Below are positions 17,204 to 26,991 of a stretch of DNA of 64,000 nt, one piece after another (the first letter of the stretch is position 1; each line of letters opens with the position of its first letter). This DNA comes from Candidatus Aenigmatarchaeota archaeon (lineage in GTDB: Archaea > EX4484-52). Where the stretch lies: NCBI GenBank assembly GCA_023137195.1, contig JAGLPV010000015.1, positions 1-64,000 of the forward strand. Direction: 5' to 3'. A model generated the notes under the pieces. The model saw nothing but the letters and a program-made list of their open reading frames with translations, was not told the origin of the DNA and did not search any database. The position numbers were made by a program, and so were the translations under genes.

Positions 17204-18583
17204 TTAATTTTTTCCTTTAATGAATGCTTCGTGTGCTTTCAGGAGATAATATAAGTCTATTTTCGAGGCAATTTCAAACGGCGAATGCATCCCGAGAATT
17301 GGTATGCCTACATCAAGCACTTCCATGTTGTACCTGGAAAAATACATTGCTATTGTTCCGCCGCCGCCTTCATCGACCTTTCCCATTCCTGAAGGCTGCC
17401 AGAGAACATTGTTTTTATCATACAAATCAATTATCTTTGATATATATTCTGTATTTGCATCATTTCCTTCGTACTTTCCACCCCATCCATTGCATTTGCC
17501 TACGCAAATACCACTGCCCAGGACTGGGTCATTTTTCATGTCATGCACTTCTGCAAAAGTTGGATTAATGCCCATATCTACATCAGAACTTATACATAAT
17601 GCCTTATCAAAAACCATTCTTATGTCAAAAGGGTCGGTTATGTTTTCCTCCCTGCACAACTCCAGTACCACATTGCTGAAAAAATAAGAGGTTGCGCTTG
17701 TATTGCCGACACTGCCTATCTCTTCCTTGTCTAAAAACAAAACAATTGTCGTGTATTGCGGCTCCTCAACATTTGCCATTGCTTCAAACGATGCATAAGC
17801 GCATACTTTGTCATCATGTCCATATCCACCTAAAAGAGATTTATCAAAACCAATATCCCTTGGTGAGTAAGACGGGACAAACTGGAGTTCTGAATTAAGA
17901 AGGTCTTTTTCGACAATATCGTAATTCTTGTTTAAAATATCAAGGATGTATAATTTTATTTTTTCACTTATTTTTTCATCATCTGCGCACATGTTTCCTG
18001 CAATTGCTGTCAACTGTTCTCCTGTTACGATGTCTTTACCTTCCTTTTTCATCTGCTTTCTTGCAAGATGAGGAAGCAAATCGCTGATTACAAAACAAGG
18101 GTCGTCTTCTTTTTCACCGATTTCTACCTTGACTTTTTTCATGTTTCTATTGACGACAACTCCAATCAGGCTCAAAGGAGTATTAACCCAGTGATATTTT
18201 TTTATGCCTCCGTAATAATGCGTATTTAAAAAACACAGGTTTGATTCCTCCTGCAAAGGAAGTCCTTTTAAGTCCAGGTGAGGTGAGTCTACATGAGATG
18301 CAATTATCCTTAATCCTTCTTTTATTGGTTTTTTTCCTTTTCTTATAAGAGCAATTGATTTTTCCCGGTTCTTAATATATCTTATGTTGTGTGTTTTTGC
18401 AAAGTTTTCAATAAATTCAACAGCTTTTCGCTCGGTCTTTGCCTGTTTTAAAAATTGCTTGTATTTTTCAGCCAAATCAAAACTTTCTTTCTTTTGCTTT
18501 TCTGTTGCAGTTTCCCAGCAACTTTTTCTTTTATACACGAGCTCTTTTTCTTTTTTCTGCCATTTGGATAATTTTTCTGCCAT
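17204..18583 (-). CDS. M18 family (aspartyl) aminopeptidase
   Basis: SHVDSP, HYYGGIKKYHW, GHDDKVC, DKEEIGS, GGGGTIA, GMHSPFE. Confidence 0.93.
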   Translation of the reverse strand: MAEKLSKWQKKEKELVYKRKSCWETATEKQKKESFDLAEKYKQFLKQAKTERKAVEFIENFAKTHNIRYIKNREKSIALIRKGKKPIKEGLRIIASHVDSPHLDLKGLPLQEESNLCFLNTHYYGGIKKYHWVNTPLSLIGVVVNRNMKKVKVEIGEKEDDPCFVISDLLPHLARKQMKKEGKDIVTGEQLTAIAGNMCADDEKISEKIKLYILDILNKNYDIVEKDLLNSELQFVPSYSPRDIGFDKSLLGGYGHDDKVCAYASFEAMANVEEPQYTTIVLFLDKEEIGSVGNTSATSYFFSNVVLELCREENITDPFDIRMVFDKALCISSDVDMGINPTFAEVHDMKNDPVLGSGICVGKCNGWGGKYEGNDANTEYISKIIDLYDKNNVLWQPSGMGKVDEGGGGTIAMYFSRYNMEVLDVGIPILGMHSPFEIASKIDLYYLLKAHEAFIKGKN

Positions 18584-18761
18584 TTTTACACCTTGATTTT
18601 TATTAAATAATTAATATAATTAAATAGAGAAGTTAAAGTTAATAAATTGTTTGTAAATGATTTTGCTGAAAGCGTATTTAAAAAACTTTTTTGCATAAAA
18701 TAAGTACAAGTAAAAATCTTTCAGATTGATTTTTATCTATTTTGTGAAAGCTTTTTTCATG

Positions 18762-18803
18762 TTGTGTCTAAACTTTTAAAAATAATATATAGTTTATACA
18801 CAA
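18762..18803 (+). promoter_or_regulatory. Family-D inverted repeat bracketing the putative galU TATA region and ending at the start codon
   Basis: TTGTGTCTAAACT-tttaaaaataatatat-AGTTTATACACAA; the last A is the A of the galU ATG. Confidence 0.55.
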
Positions 18804-19660
18804 TGAAAATAAGAAAAGCAGTAATTCCCGCGGCAGGATTCGGGACACGATTCCTTCCACTGACAAAATCTATGCCCAAGGAGATGCTTCCTATCATAAA
18901 CAAGCCGGTGATTCACTATGTCGTGGAAGAGGCAGTACGTTCGGGAATAAAGGACATTTTGATAATCACTGCGACAGGAAAAAGAGCAATAGAGGATTAT
19001 TTTGACCATAATGCAGATTTAGAGCAGCATTTGGGCAAAAATAACAAAAACAAGGAATTAAATGAGATTAATATTTTTGCAGATGATGTTTACATCCATT
19101 TTATCCGCCAGAAAGAGCAGAAAGGACTGGGACATGCTGTTTCTTTGGCAAAAAAATTTGTCGGGAACGAGCCGTTTGTCGTGTTGCTCGGCGATGACAT
19201 AATAAAGTCAAAAAAGCATGCTACCAAACAGATGATGGATGTTTTTGAAGAAAAGCAGGCAACAATTATTGGCGTTGAAGAGGTGCCGAAAGAAAGAATA
19301 GAAAAGTATGGCGTCATTGACGGGGAAAAACTAAAAGAAAATCTTTATCTTATAAAATCCCTTGTTGAAAAACCGAAACTAAAAGATGCGCCATCTAATA
19401 TTGGTATAATCGGCAGGTATATCCTGATGCCGCAGATTTTTGAATGTCTTGAAAAAATAAAGCCCGGCGCAGGAGGGGAACTCCAGTTGACAGATGCTCT
19501 TGTCCTGCTCCAAAAAACACAGGAGATGTATGCTTTTGTATTTGACGGGAAAAGATATGATACGGGAAACCCGGAAGGATGGCTGAAAACAAATATAGAA
19601 TATGCCATGGATGATGAATGTTTGAGGGAAAAATTAAAATTAAAGGAGCTTTTAGAATGA
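18803..19660 (+). CDS. galU: UTP-glucose-1-phosphate uridylyltransferase
   Basis: KAVIPAAGFGTRFLP, PKEMLP, GLGHAV, LGDD, VEKP, GELQLTDA. Confidence 0.96.
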   Translation: MKIRKAVIPAAGFGTRFLPLTKSMPKEMLPIINKPVIHYVVEEAVRSGIKDILIITATGKRAIEDYFDHNADLEQHLGKNNKNKELNEINIFADDVYIHFIRQKEQKGLGHAVSLAKKFVGNEPFVVLLGDDIIKSKKHATKQMMDVFEEKQATIIGVEEVPKERIEKYGVIDGEKLKENLYLIKSLVEKPKLKDAPSNIGIIGRYILMPQIFECLEKIKPGAGGELQLTDALVLLQKTQEMYAFVFDGKRYDTGNPEGWLKTNIEYAMDDECLREKLKLKELLE

Positions 19661-20952
19661 AAATTGCAGTTATCGGGACAGGTTACGTGGGCTTGATACA
19701 AAGTGTTGGATTAAGCAAACTGGGCTTTGATTGTTTTGGGATTGACATAGATGAAAATAAAATCAAGATGCTGAATGCAGGAAAAAGTCCCATATGGGAA
19801 GATAAGCTGGAAGAGATTTTGAAAAAGCACAATGGGAAAAATCTGAAGTTTACGACAAACTTTGGCGTGATTGAAGAGTGTGATGCTGTCTTTATCTGTG
19901 TCGGAACGCCGCAAAGCAGTGACGGAACAGCGGACTTAAAATATATTTTTGCAGCAGCTGAAGGAGTGAAACCATACCTGAAGAAGAATGCTGTTGTTGT
20001 AATTAAATCCACTGTGCCTGTGGGGACAAACAGGAAAGTTAGCAAAATCCTGGAAGGATGCAATTGCGATGTTGTTTCTAATCCTGAATTTTTGAAGGAA
20101 GGCAGTGCGATAGATGATTTTTTTAATACCGACCGGGTTGTGTTGGGATTTGAAGATAATACAAAGCACGAGGCAAGAGACAGTATGATGAATATCTACA
20201 GTTATTTTTATGAGAAGAAGACAAAATTTGTCATAACTGACTGGGAGAGTGCTGAATTGATTAAATATGCCTCCAACTCATTTCTGGCAGTGAAAATAAG
20301 CTTTGTCAATGAAATTGCTAGGCTGTGTGATACGGTTGGTGCAGATATAAAGGATGTCACAAAGGGAATGGGCTATGACCGGAGAATTGGGGAACATTTT
20401 TTGAATGCAGGACTAGGGTATGGCGGTTCCTGTTTTCCAAAGGATGTCAATGCCCTGGTAAAACAATTCGAGGAGAATAAGCTGGAAGCAAAAATAATTG
20501 CTTCGGCAGATGAAGTCAATTTGGGATTGATTGACAATTTTTTTGACAGGATTTTGAAAAAACTCAAAAATCCTGAAGGGAAAAACATTGCGCTATTTGG
20601 GGTTGCTTTCAAGCCCAATACTGATGATTTAAGGGAATCCCGCGCTGTTGAATTAATAAATAAATTATTGAAAAAGAAAGCAAATGTTAGTTGCTTTGAT
20701 TATGTGGATGGCGCTTTGAAAAATGCTGAAGAATTACTTGGGAACAAAATTAAGATATGCAAAACAGTAAAAGAGACAGCAAAAGAGGCAGATGTGATAA
20801 TTATTGCAACAGAGTACAGCCAATTCAATGATGAAGATTGGGGTGCTATTGCGGAGCGGGTCAACACAAAGCTGATTTTTGACGGCAGGAATATTCTTGA
20901 CAAAAATAAGGTTGTAAAATACGGGTTTGAATATTTCGGGATTGGGAGATAG
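19657..20952 (+). CDS. ugd: UDP-glucose 6-dehydrogenase
   Basis: GTGYVG, KSTVPVGT, SNPEFLKEG, GYGGSCFPKD, FKPNTDDLRES, DGRN. Confidence 0.95.
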   Translation: MKIAVIGTGYVGLIQSVGLSKLGFDCFGIDIDENKIKMLNAGKSPIWEDKLEEILKKHNGKNLKFTTNFGVIEECDAVFICVGTPQSSDGTADLKYIFAAAEGVKPYLKKNAVVVIKSTVPVGTNRKVSKILEGCNCDVVSNPEFLKEGSAIDDFFNTDRVVLGFEDNTKHEARDSMMNIYSYFYEKKTKFVITDWESAELIKYASNSFLAVKISFVNEIARLCDTVGADIKDVTKGMGYDRRIGEHFLNAGLGYGGSCFPKDVNALVKQFEENKLEAKIIASADEVNLGLIDNFFDRILKKLKNPEGKNIALFGVAFKPNTDDLRESRAVELINKLLKKKANVSCFDYVDGALKNAEELLGNKIKICKTVKETAKEADVIIIATEYSQFNDEDWGAIAERVNTKLIFDGRNILDKNKVVKYGFEYFGIGR

Positions 20953-20955
20953 ATT

Positions 20956-21495
20956 ATGAAAAAATTGTTGTTGTTGACAGTAATATTATTTCTGGCAGGA
21001 TGTGTGAGTACATATTCTCCTGACTTATGCAATGGTCACAACCTCGGCGATTCGTGGCTCTCTGAAGATGGGTGCAATACCTGTTATTGTGATAAATCCG
21101 GAATCAAATGCACGCAAAAAGCATGCAGTAATTACAGCAATGATTTTTTAGAATGCCAGAGTGATGAAAAATGCGAGGAAAAGGCAATGATGTTTTCGCA
21201 TTGTAGGTCTACTGGCAAATGCATAGACAATAAATGCGTTTTTGAGTGTATAGAAGAGGATAACCTAACTGCTGACCTGAGATTTGACTATGCTGAGGGA
21301 AACTGCATTGTGTCGACAGAGTGCATTGCCGCGGGAGAAGGTTGTGGTGGAGGGCATAGTATATGCACAAATACTCCGGAAAAATATAAAGATAGGATAA
21401 CGACATGTGATATTAATATGAATCATCCTACAAACCAGGGCTTTTACTGCACCTGTATTGTTGAGCAAAATAAATGCGGATGGGAAAAGCAATGA
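20956..21495 (+). CDS. Cys-rich lipoprotein with pacifastin-like motif
   Basis: Lipobox LAGC; motif C-x14-CNTCYC-x3-G-x2-CTQKAC; two further Cys-rich modules. Confidence 0.7.
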   Translation: MKKLLLLTVILFLAGCVSTYSPDLCNGHNLGDSWLSEDGCNTCYCDKSGIKCTQKACSNYSNDFLECQSDEKCEEKAMMFSHCRSTGKCIDNKCVFECIEEDNLTADLRFDYAEGNCIVSTECIAAGEGCGGGHSICTNTPEKYKDRITTCDINMNHPTNQGFYCTCIVEQNKCGWEKQ

Positions 21496-22265
21496 GAAAC
21501 AAAAAACTTGGGCAAAACTTTCTTTTGGACAAAAATATACTAAACAAAGAGCTGAAAAATGCCAATGTCCTGGATTCTGAAATTGTCCTGGAGATTGGTG
21601 GCGGCAAAGGAGTGTTGACGGAAGTTCTGCTGAAAAAAGCGAAAAAAGTAATCTGCATAGAGATTGACAAAAAGCTGGTTTTGCATTTGAAAGAAATGTT
21701 TGAAAATGAAATTAAATTAGGTAAATTAGAGTTGATTGAAGGAGACTGCCTGAAAGTAAAAATACCTTATTTTGATAAGTGCGTTGCAAATATCCCTTAT
21801 TCCCTGTCCTCTCCCTTGATTTTTCATCTGCTCAAATTTAAGAAACCGCTTTATCTGATGATGCAGAAGGAATTTGCAGAGCGTTTGTTTACAGGGAAAG
21901 GAGAGCGGTCTTACTCTGCTTTAAGCGCAGTTTGCAGTATTTATTTTGAAGGGAAAATATGCTTTATTGTCTCAAAGCATGTCTTTAGACCAAAACCTAA
22001 AGTTGACAGCGCGTTTGTGTATCTCTGCCCCAAGGAAAAGATTATTGTGAAAAAGGAAGATGAGAAAGAATTTATTGATTTTCTGCATAAAATATTCTGC
22101 CATAAAAAGCAGAACCTGAAGAAAAATATTCTTGCGACAGGCATCTGCTCAAAAGAGGAAATAGAAAAAATTCAGGATGATTTTGATTTATCTAAGAAGG
22201 TTTATCATTGTGATGTGGAAGAGATTTATGAAATTTACAAAAAAATCAAGAAAAATAAAAATTAA
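21492..22265 (+). CDS. ksgA: 16S rRNA dimethyladenosine transferase
   Basis: LGQNFL, LEIGGGKG, IEID, ANIPY, MQKEFAERL, FRPKPKVDS. Confidence 0.95.
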   Translation: MRNKKLGQNFLLDKNILNKELKNANVLDSEIVLEIGGGKGVLTEVLLKKAKKVICIEIDKKLVLHLKEMFENEIKLGKLELIEGDCLKVKIPYFDKCVANIPYSLSSPLIFHLLKFKKPLYLMMQKEFAERLFTGKGERSYSALSAVCSIYFEGKICFIVSKHVFRPKPKVDSAFVYLCPKEKIIVKKEDEKEFIDFLHKIFCHKKQNLKKNILATGICSKEEIEKIQDDFDLSKKVYHCDVEEIYEIYKKIKKNKN

Positions 22266-22375
22266 AAAAGGACTCTTGAAATTCAAAGACACATACGAAG
22301 TATTAACTACTATTTTTCATCACCACAACTATATAGGTAATCTGTCTTGATTCTTCCGGAATCATATCGCAGACA

Positions 22376-23119
22376 CTACCCTGAACCCCATCTATTATCC
22401 AATTCTATCATATCTCTTATGTCTGTAGGTTCTGCAGGCAGTTCGAAATCTGCATCAGATACTGAAGTTGAGTAACTTGTTGCTGTCATCTCCATAGTTA
22501 TCTTTGTTCCGGAATTATTAGTAATTATTGCTTTTGTATAAAGAGGAATATTATCTGAACTAAAACAGTGTTCAAAATATGCACCTTCTATAGGAGTTTC
22601 CATACTGTAGCATTCTGTCGATGTTCCTACAATAGTTCTTTTTTTAAGTTGTTTTATATTATATGCCTCCATATTTTCGACGAATTTTTCACTTGCCTCC
22701 TCAGCACCGCGTGTTTGATAAGGTATCCCTAAATCCATACATGTCCATTCTGCTACTCTTTTAGTACACGAATACATTTTTTTCCCTTTCACATAGGATC
22801 TGCTTTCTATACCATCTACAACCATATCTGTCCTAATTTCGTCTTTCCTCATATATTGCGACATTGTGCTGTCTTTAAAATCTGTATTTTTCAAAACATA
22901 GGTTGCCTTGTATTCTAGATTATAGTTATTACGGAATATATTCTTCAGTCTTGTTTTGACATCGGTTTTGCCTGTGCTCTCAGCATTCAGAGTGTCGTCC
23001 TCATCAGATGTTCCTGCCGAAGGGTTGTCTTTGCTTTCATTGTCTGCGCAACCAGAAATAGAAATAATCAAAATTAATATCATCATACTGGTCATTAAAA
23101 TGTTGTTTTTGTTTTTCAT
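22376..23119 (-). CDS. Hypothetical lipoprotein (3' end possibly frameshifted)
   Basis: Lipobox ISGC, acidic linker, and C-terminal ATSYSTSVSDADFELPAEP. Confidence 0.7.
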   Translation of the reverse strand: MKNKNNILMTSMMILILIISISGCADNESKDNPSAGTSDEDDTLNAESTGKTDVKTRLKNIFRNNYNLEYKATYVLKNTDFKDSTMSQYMRKDEIRTDMVVDGIESRSYVKGKKMYSCTKRVAEWTCMDLGIPYQTRGAEEASEKFVENMEAYNIKQLKKRTIVGTSTECYSMETPIEGAYFEHCFSSDNIPLYTKAIITNNSGTKITMEMTATSYSTSVSDADFELPAEPTDIRDMIELDNRWGSG

Positions 23120-23222
23120 AATATTTTCCTCTTTTTAGTCATGCACTACATTATTATATTGTTGTGTCCAATTATTTACATACAACAACAAAATAATATA
23201 AATATAATCCTTATTATTCCTT

Positions 23223-24236
23223 ATGTTTCCAATACTGCTCGCTTCCTGCCTATTTGCATTTGTTGTAACATATTTTATTGTCAAAAAATTCATTGTCTTT
23301 TTTGAAAACATAGGGCTTGTCGGATATGACATCAATAAAAAAGAAAGACCTGTTGTTGCCGAGATGGGAGGGGTTCCTGTCGCATTTGGCTTCATGATTG
23401 CTGTGTTGATTTTTGTCGGTTTTGAAATATTTGTATACAACAATGCGCAATACAACATGCTGTTTCCTTCACTTCTTACTGTGCTTTTGATTGTGTTTAT
23501 TTATATGCTTGATGACCTGACTGCGATATTGAGAACAAAGGAAGTAAAAAAAGATTTTATCAAAAAGCAGGGTTTTAGGCAGAGGCATAAATTGTTATTT
23601 CCTCTTGTCGCGGCGATTCCAATAATGAGTGCCAATGTCGGAACTTCAACTATGGTTCTTCCTCTGTTTGGCGAGGTCAATCTCGGTATTTTGTATGCTC
23701 TGGTGATTATTCCCCTGGGCATCCTTGGTGCTTCAAATGCAACAAATATGCTTGCCGGCATGAATGGTCTTGAAGCAGGATGCGGAATTATAAGCATTTT
23801 TTCAATAAGTGTTTTTGCATACATGCAATCTGAAATTGTTGCTGCGTCATTTGGGTTTATCTTCTGCGCATGCCTTCTGGCGTTTTTAGTGTATAACTGG
23901 TATCCTGCGCGTATTTTCCCGGGGGATTCTATGACTTATATGACCGGGACAATCATTGCCCTTGTTGCAATCATAGGAAATGTGGAGAAATTTGCTTTGT
24001 TTATTTTTCCTATCTGGTTTGCTGAACTGGCGCTTAAACTAATGTCCAAATTCAAAGCAGAGTCATTTGGAAAATTAAATGCTAAAGGTTATTTAATAAG
24101 ACCATATAAAAGAATATATTCTGTAACTCATATTTTTATGGATGGCAAAACCTCAGAAAGAATGATTGTTGCAAAAATTATGCTGGTTCAGGCAATTATT
24201 TGCGTTGTTGCTTTTCTTATGGTAAATGTAGTATAG
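23223..24236 (+). CDS. aglH: Glycosyltransferase family 4 polyprenol-phosphate GlcNAc-1-phosphate transferase (AglH-like)
   Basis: Polytopic membrane protein with GYDINK, EMGG, LDD, NATNMLAGMNGLEAG, YPARIFPGD. Confidence 0.85.
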   Translation: MFPILLASCLFAFVVTYFIVKKFIVFFENIGLVGYDINKKERPVVAEMGGVPVAFGFMIAVLIFVGFEIFVYNNAQYNMLFPSLLTVLLIVFIYMLDDLTAILRTKEVKKDFIKKQGFRQRHKLLFPLVAAIPIMSANVGTSTMVLPLFGEVNLGILYALVIIPLGILGASNATNMLAGMNGLEAGCGIISIFSISVFAYMQSEIVAASFGFIFCACLLAFLVYNWYPARIFPGDSMTYMTGTIIALVAIIGNVEKFALFIFPIWFAELALKLMSKFKAESFGKLNAKGYLIRPYKRIYSVTHIFMDGKTSERMIVAKIMLVQAIICVVAFLMVNVV

Positions 24237-24318
24237 ATTTGCACAGAACAATAGTAAATCACCGTACAATTATAGAACAAAAAAGATACAAATATAAATT
24301 TTATTTAGATTATTGTTT

Positions 24319-24840
24319 ATGTTTAAAGCAAGAACAATTATAATTTGCATGTTATTGTCTCTTCTTCTTAGTTGCACAAATACTTCAGGACAGCCAGACA
24401 ACAACACAGTCAATATCTATATGTTTTATGGGCAGGGTTGCGCCCACTGCACTAAAATGCTTACTTTCTTTGATAGCATAAAAGACAAATATCCGCAGAT
24501 GAATGTGACAAAAAAAGAGATTTACTTTGACAAGGACAATGCAAAACTACTTGAAGAATTTTGCAGGAAATGCAATACAACGCTGGAGGGTGTCCCGACG
24601 GTTTTTATTGACGGGAAAAGTTATGTCGGATTCAGCAATGTTCTTGCCCAGATAATAGAGACGAAAATAAAAGACTGCATTGAATATGGTGGGTGCAGCG
24701 ATTTGGGCAATGATTCGTGCGAGCAACATTCGACGGATTCGAGCCCGCTTACGCATGAAAAAGATTATTCAACAATCGGGTGGCTTTTTATAGGGGTTGT
24801 AGTATTAATACTTTTATATTATTTACTATTCAATAAATAA
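24319..24840 (+). CDS. Exported membrane-anchored thioredoxin/glutaredoxin-fold protein
   Basis: Signal or lipoprotein peptide, FYGQGCAHC, GVPTVFIDG, C-terminal TM helix. Confidence 0.82.
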   Translation: MFKARTIIICMLLSLLLSCTNTSGQPDNNTVNIYMFYGQGCAHCTKMLTFFDSIKDKYPQMNVTKKEIYFDKDNAKLLEEFCRKCNTTLEGVPTVFIDGKSYVGFSNVLAQIIETKIKDCIEYGGCSDLGNDSCEQHSTDSSPLTHEKDYSTIGWLFIGVVVLILLYYLLFNK

Positions 24841-24842
24841 TT

Positions 24843-25541
24843 ATGTTAACAGAACTTACGATTCCGGCAGTAATTGGTGCTGCAATTGTGGATGCAATCA
24901 ACCCATGCGCTTTTGCTGTTTTAATAATTTTAATAGCGACGATTCTTGGCAAAGAATATGACAGGAAAAAGGCATTGCTAAGCGGGTTTGCTTTTTCTGC
25001 TTCTATTTATATTTCTTATTTTCTTATGGGGATGGGTTTATTCAGGGCAATACAAATATCCGGATTATCCAATAAATTTTATTTTGTCATCTCTGTCCTG
25101 GCAATAATAATCGGGTTGCTCAATGTAAAGGATTATTTTTGGTATGGAAAGGGACTTTTGATGGAAGTGCCATTGAGCTGGAGACCAAGGATGAAAAAAT
25201 TGATTAACAGTGCGACAACCCCTACTGGTGCATTCTTCATCGGGTTTGCTGTAAGTTTGTTTTTGCTTCCATGCACATCCGGTCCGTATATTGTTATTTT
25301 GGGGCTTCTTGCCGCAAGTGAAACGCAATTTTCGGGAATGCTGTATTTGTTATTCTATAACCTGATATTTGTATCTCCTATGATTGCAATTACATTGATT
25401 GTATACAAAGGTCTTTCTACAACAGAAGACCTTGAAAATCTTAGGCAAAAGAAGCTAAAACATCTTCATCTGGCGGCAGGGATAATAATGATTCTGCTTG
25501 GGCTTGGAATGTTGTTGGCAATGCATCTGGGGATGTTGTAA
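24843..25541 (+). CDS. CcdA/DsbD-type transmembrane thiol-disulfide transporter
   Basis: DAINPCAF and LLPCTSGPY Cys motifs; multiple TM helices; adjacent to the CxxC protein. Confidence 0.82.
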   Translation: MLTELTIPAVIGAAIVDAINPCAFAVLIILIATILGKEYDRKKALLSGFAFSASIYISYFLMGMGLFRAIQISGLSNKFYFVISVLAIIIGLLNVKDYFWYGKGLLMEVPLSWRPRMKKLINSATTPTGAFFIGFAVSLFLLPCTSGPYIVILGLLAASETQFSGMLYLLFYNLIFVSPMIAITLIVYKGLSTTEDLENLRQKKLKHLHLAAGIIMILLGLGMLLAMHLGML

Positions 25542-25591
25542 TTGCTGGTATTTTAAACTTGACTTTAATACTGCCCCGTACACCCGTTAAG

Positions 25592-25955
25592 TTATAGCAA
25601 AACACATAAATAATCATAAAAGTTTCCCCTACGCAAAATACTACTTTTAAGCTTATTTTCTGCTTACCATTTATACACGGCAGAAAATAATCATAAAAGT
25701 TCAATGGATGTTTCCCTGCGACACTTACCAATGGATGTTTCCTTACTCGCAATACCAATGGAAGTTTCATTACAGGCAACACCACTTCCAATGTTTTGCT
25801 CTTTGAGCAAAATACGTCTAATGTTTTGTCCTACGGACAAAATAATTCCAATGTTTTGTTATTGTATTCTTGAAATTTGTGCAACAACAGAAAATAATTT
25901 TGCTTCATTCAAAGGGAGTATGGCAAAATACTACTTTAAATCAGTTCTTGTGGAT
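25592..25955. repeat. Composite repeat tract: module-B end, family-A unit, six short tandem units, family-A half
   Basis: TTATAGCAAAACACATAAATAAT (25592); stem TTATTTTCTGC/GCAGAAAATAA (25653-25690); YAATG-starting units at 25702, 25729, 25756, 25789, 25819 and 25849; AAATACTACTTTAAATCAGTTCT (25926). Confidence 0.88.
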
Positions 25956-25961
25956 TAACTC

Positions 25962-26885
25962 CTACTCTGCGGGAGCATCTTTGCTTTTTTCAATTATTTT
26001 TTCGCCTTCTTCGAGTTCATCATCCAGTTTGTTTTCAATAAGCATAAGGTCGCTCAGGGATAGTTTGTTTCCTTTCTTGAAAGAGTCATATATTTTCTTG
26101 GTTTCCTCTTCTTTTTCTTCCTTTTCCTCTTTTTCTATTTCCTTCCTGATGCTTTTTTCTTCTTTCTTCAGAACTTCAACATATTCGATGTATTTCTGGT
26201 GGGCGGAATCTGCTGTTTTTTTTAGTTGATTAAGCTCTTCCAGCAATGGTTTTGCTTTTTCTTCTTCTTCTTTTCTTTGATTTTTTAATTCTAGGAGACC
26301 ATTGTATAATTTTTCACTCTTGTTTGATTCTTCAAGCAGTTCATTGTGTTTTTCATCTGCCTGTTGTTTTAGTTCATTTTTTTTGATTTTTATCCTTTTG
26401 AGTTTCCTGATGATTTTTGTTTTTTCCTTTATTTGTCCCAGTGATTTTACCAATTGGCTTAATTGGTCCTGCATCTTGTCTTCTTGTTTTATTGATACGG
26501 GCTTTGTCTGGATGGTCCATTCAAGTTTTTCAATTTTCTTTTTCAAATCTGTTATAGCATTATTTCTTGAATCATCTTCACTTGAACCGTCTTTTGAAGA
26601 AATGCCATCTATGTCTTTCTTTAATTCAGAAATATCATTGTTGATATCGGATACTCTTTGATTAAGGGCGTTCCTTTCTGTTTTTAATTCTCTTATTTTA
26701 ACAAGAAATTTTTTGTTTTTTTCTAAGATATCCCTGATTTTGAATTTAATGTCAAAAACAGCGTTCAAATCCTTTTTATTTTTAAGAACAAAATCGTTTG
26801 TTTTCTTGTTTAGTCTCTCCCTCTCTCTTTTAAGAATCTCAACAGTTTCTTTGAGTTTTATAAGATTGTCTTTTTCTTTGCTCAT
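25962..26885 (-). CDS. Archaeal coiled-coil protein (COG1340-like)
   Basis: Heptad-rich, with IEKLEWTIQT..S..QE, ADEKH/ADSAH and FKKGNKLSLSDL motifs. Confidence 0.75.
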   Translation of the reverse strand: MSKEKDNLIKLKETVEILKRERERLNKKTNDFVLKNKKDLNAVFDIKFKIRDILEKNKKFLVKIRELKTERNALNQRVSDINNDISELKKDIDGISSKDGSSEDDSRNNAITDLKKKIEKLEWTIQTKPVSIKQEDKMQDQLSQLVKSLGQIKEKTKIIRKLKRIKIKKNELKQQADEKHNELLEESNKSEKLYNGLLELKNQRKEEEEKAKPLLEELNQLKKTADSAHQKYIEYVEVLKKEEKSIRKEIEKEEKEEKEEETKKIYDSFKKGNKLSLSDLMLIENKLDDELEEGEKIIEKSKDAPAE

Positions 26886-26991
26886 ATATTCTCTTCTCTG
26901 CTTTTTTTGCCTGTGTGTAAAGTATATGTAAACATAAAATGAAAAAGCTTAAAAAGGTATTCCCGTGGCTTTTATTTTAACCCGGTATTTA

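Noticed and set aside
25702-25860. CRISPR array
   Set aside because: Heads are only 10-14 bp, tails are 13-20 nt, the head type changes midway, and no cas genes are present.
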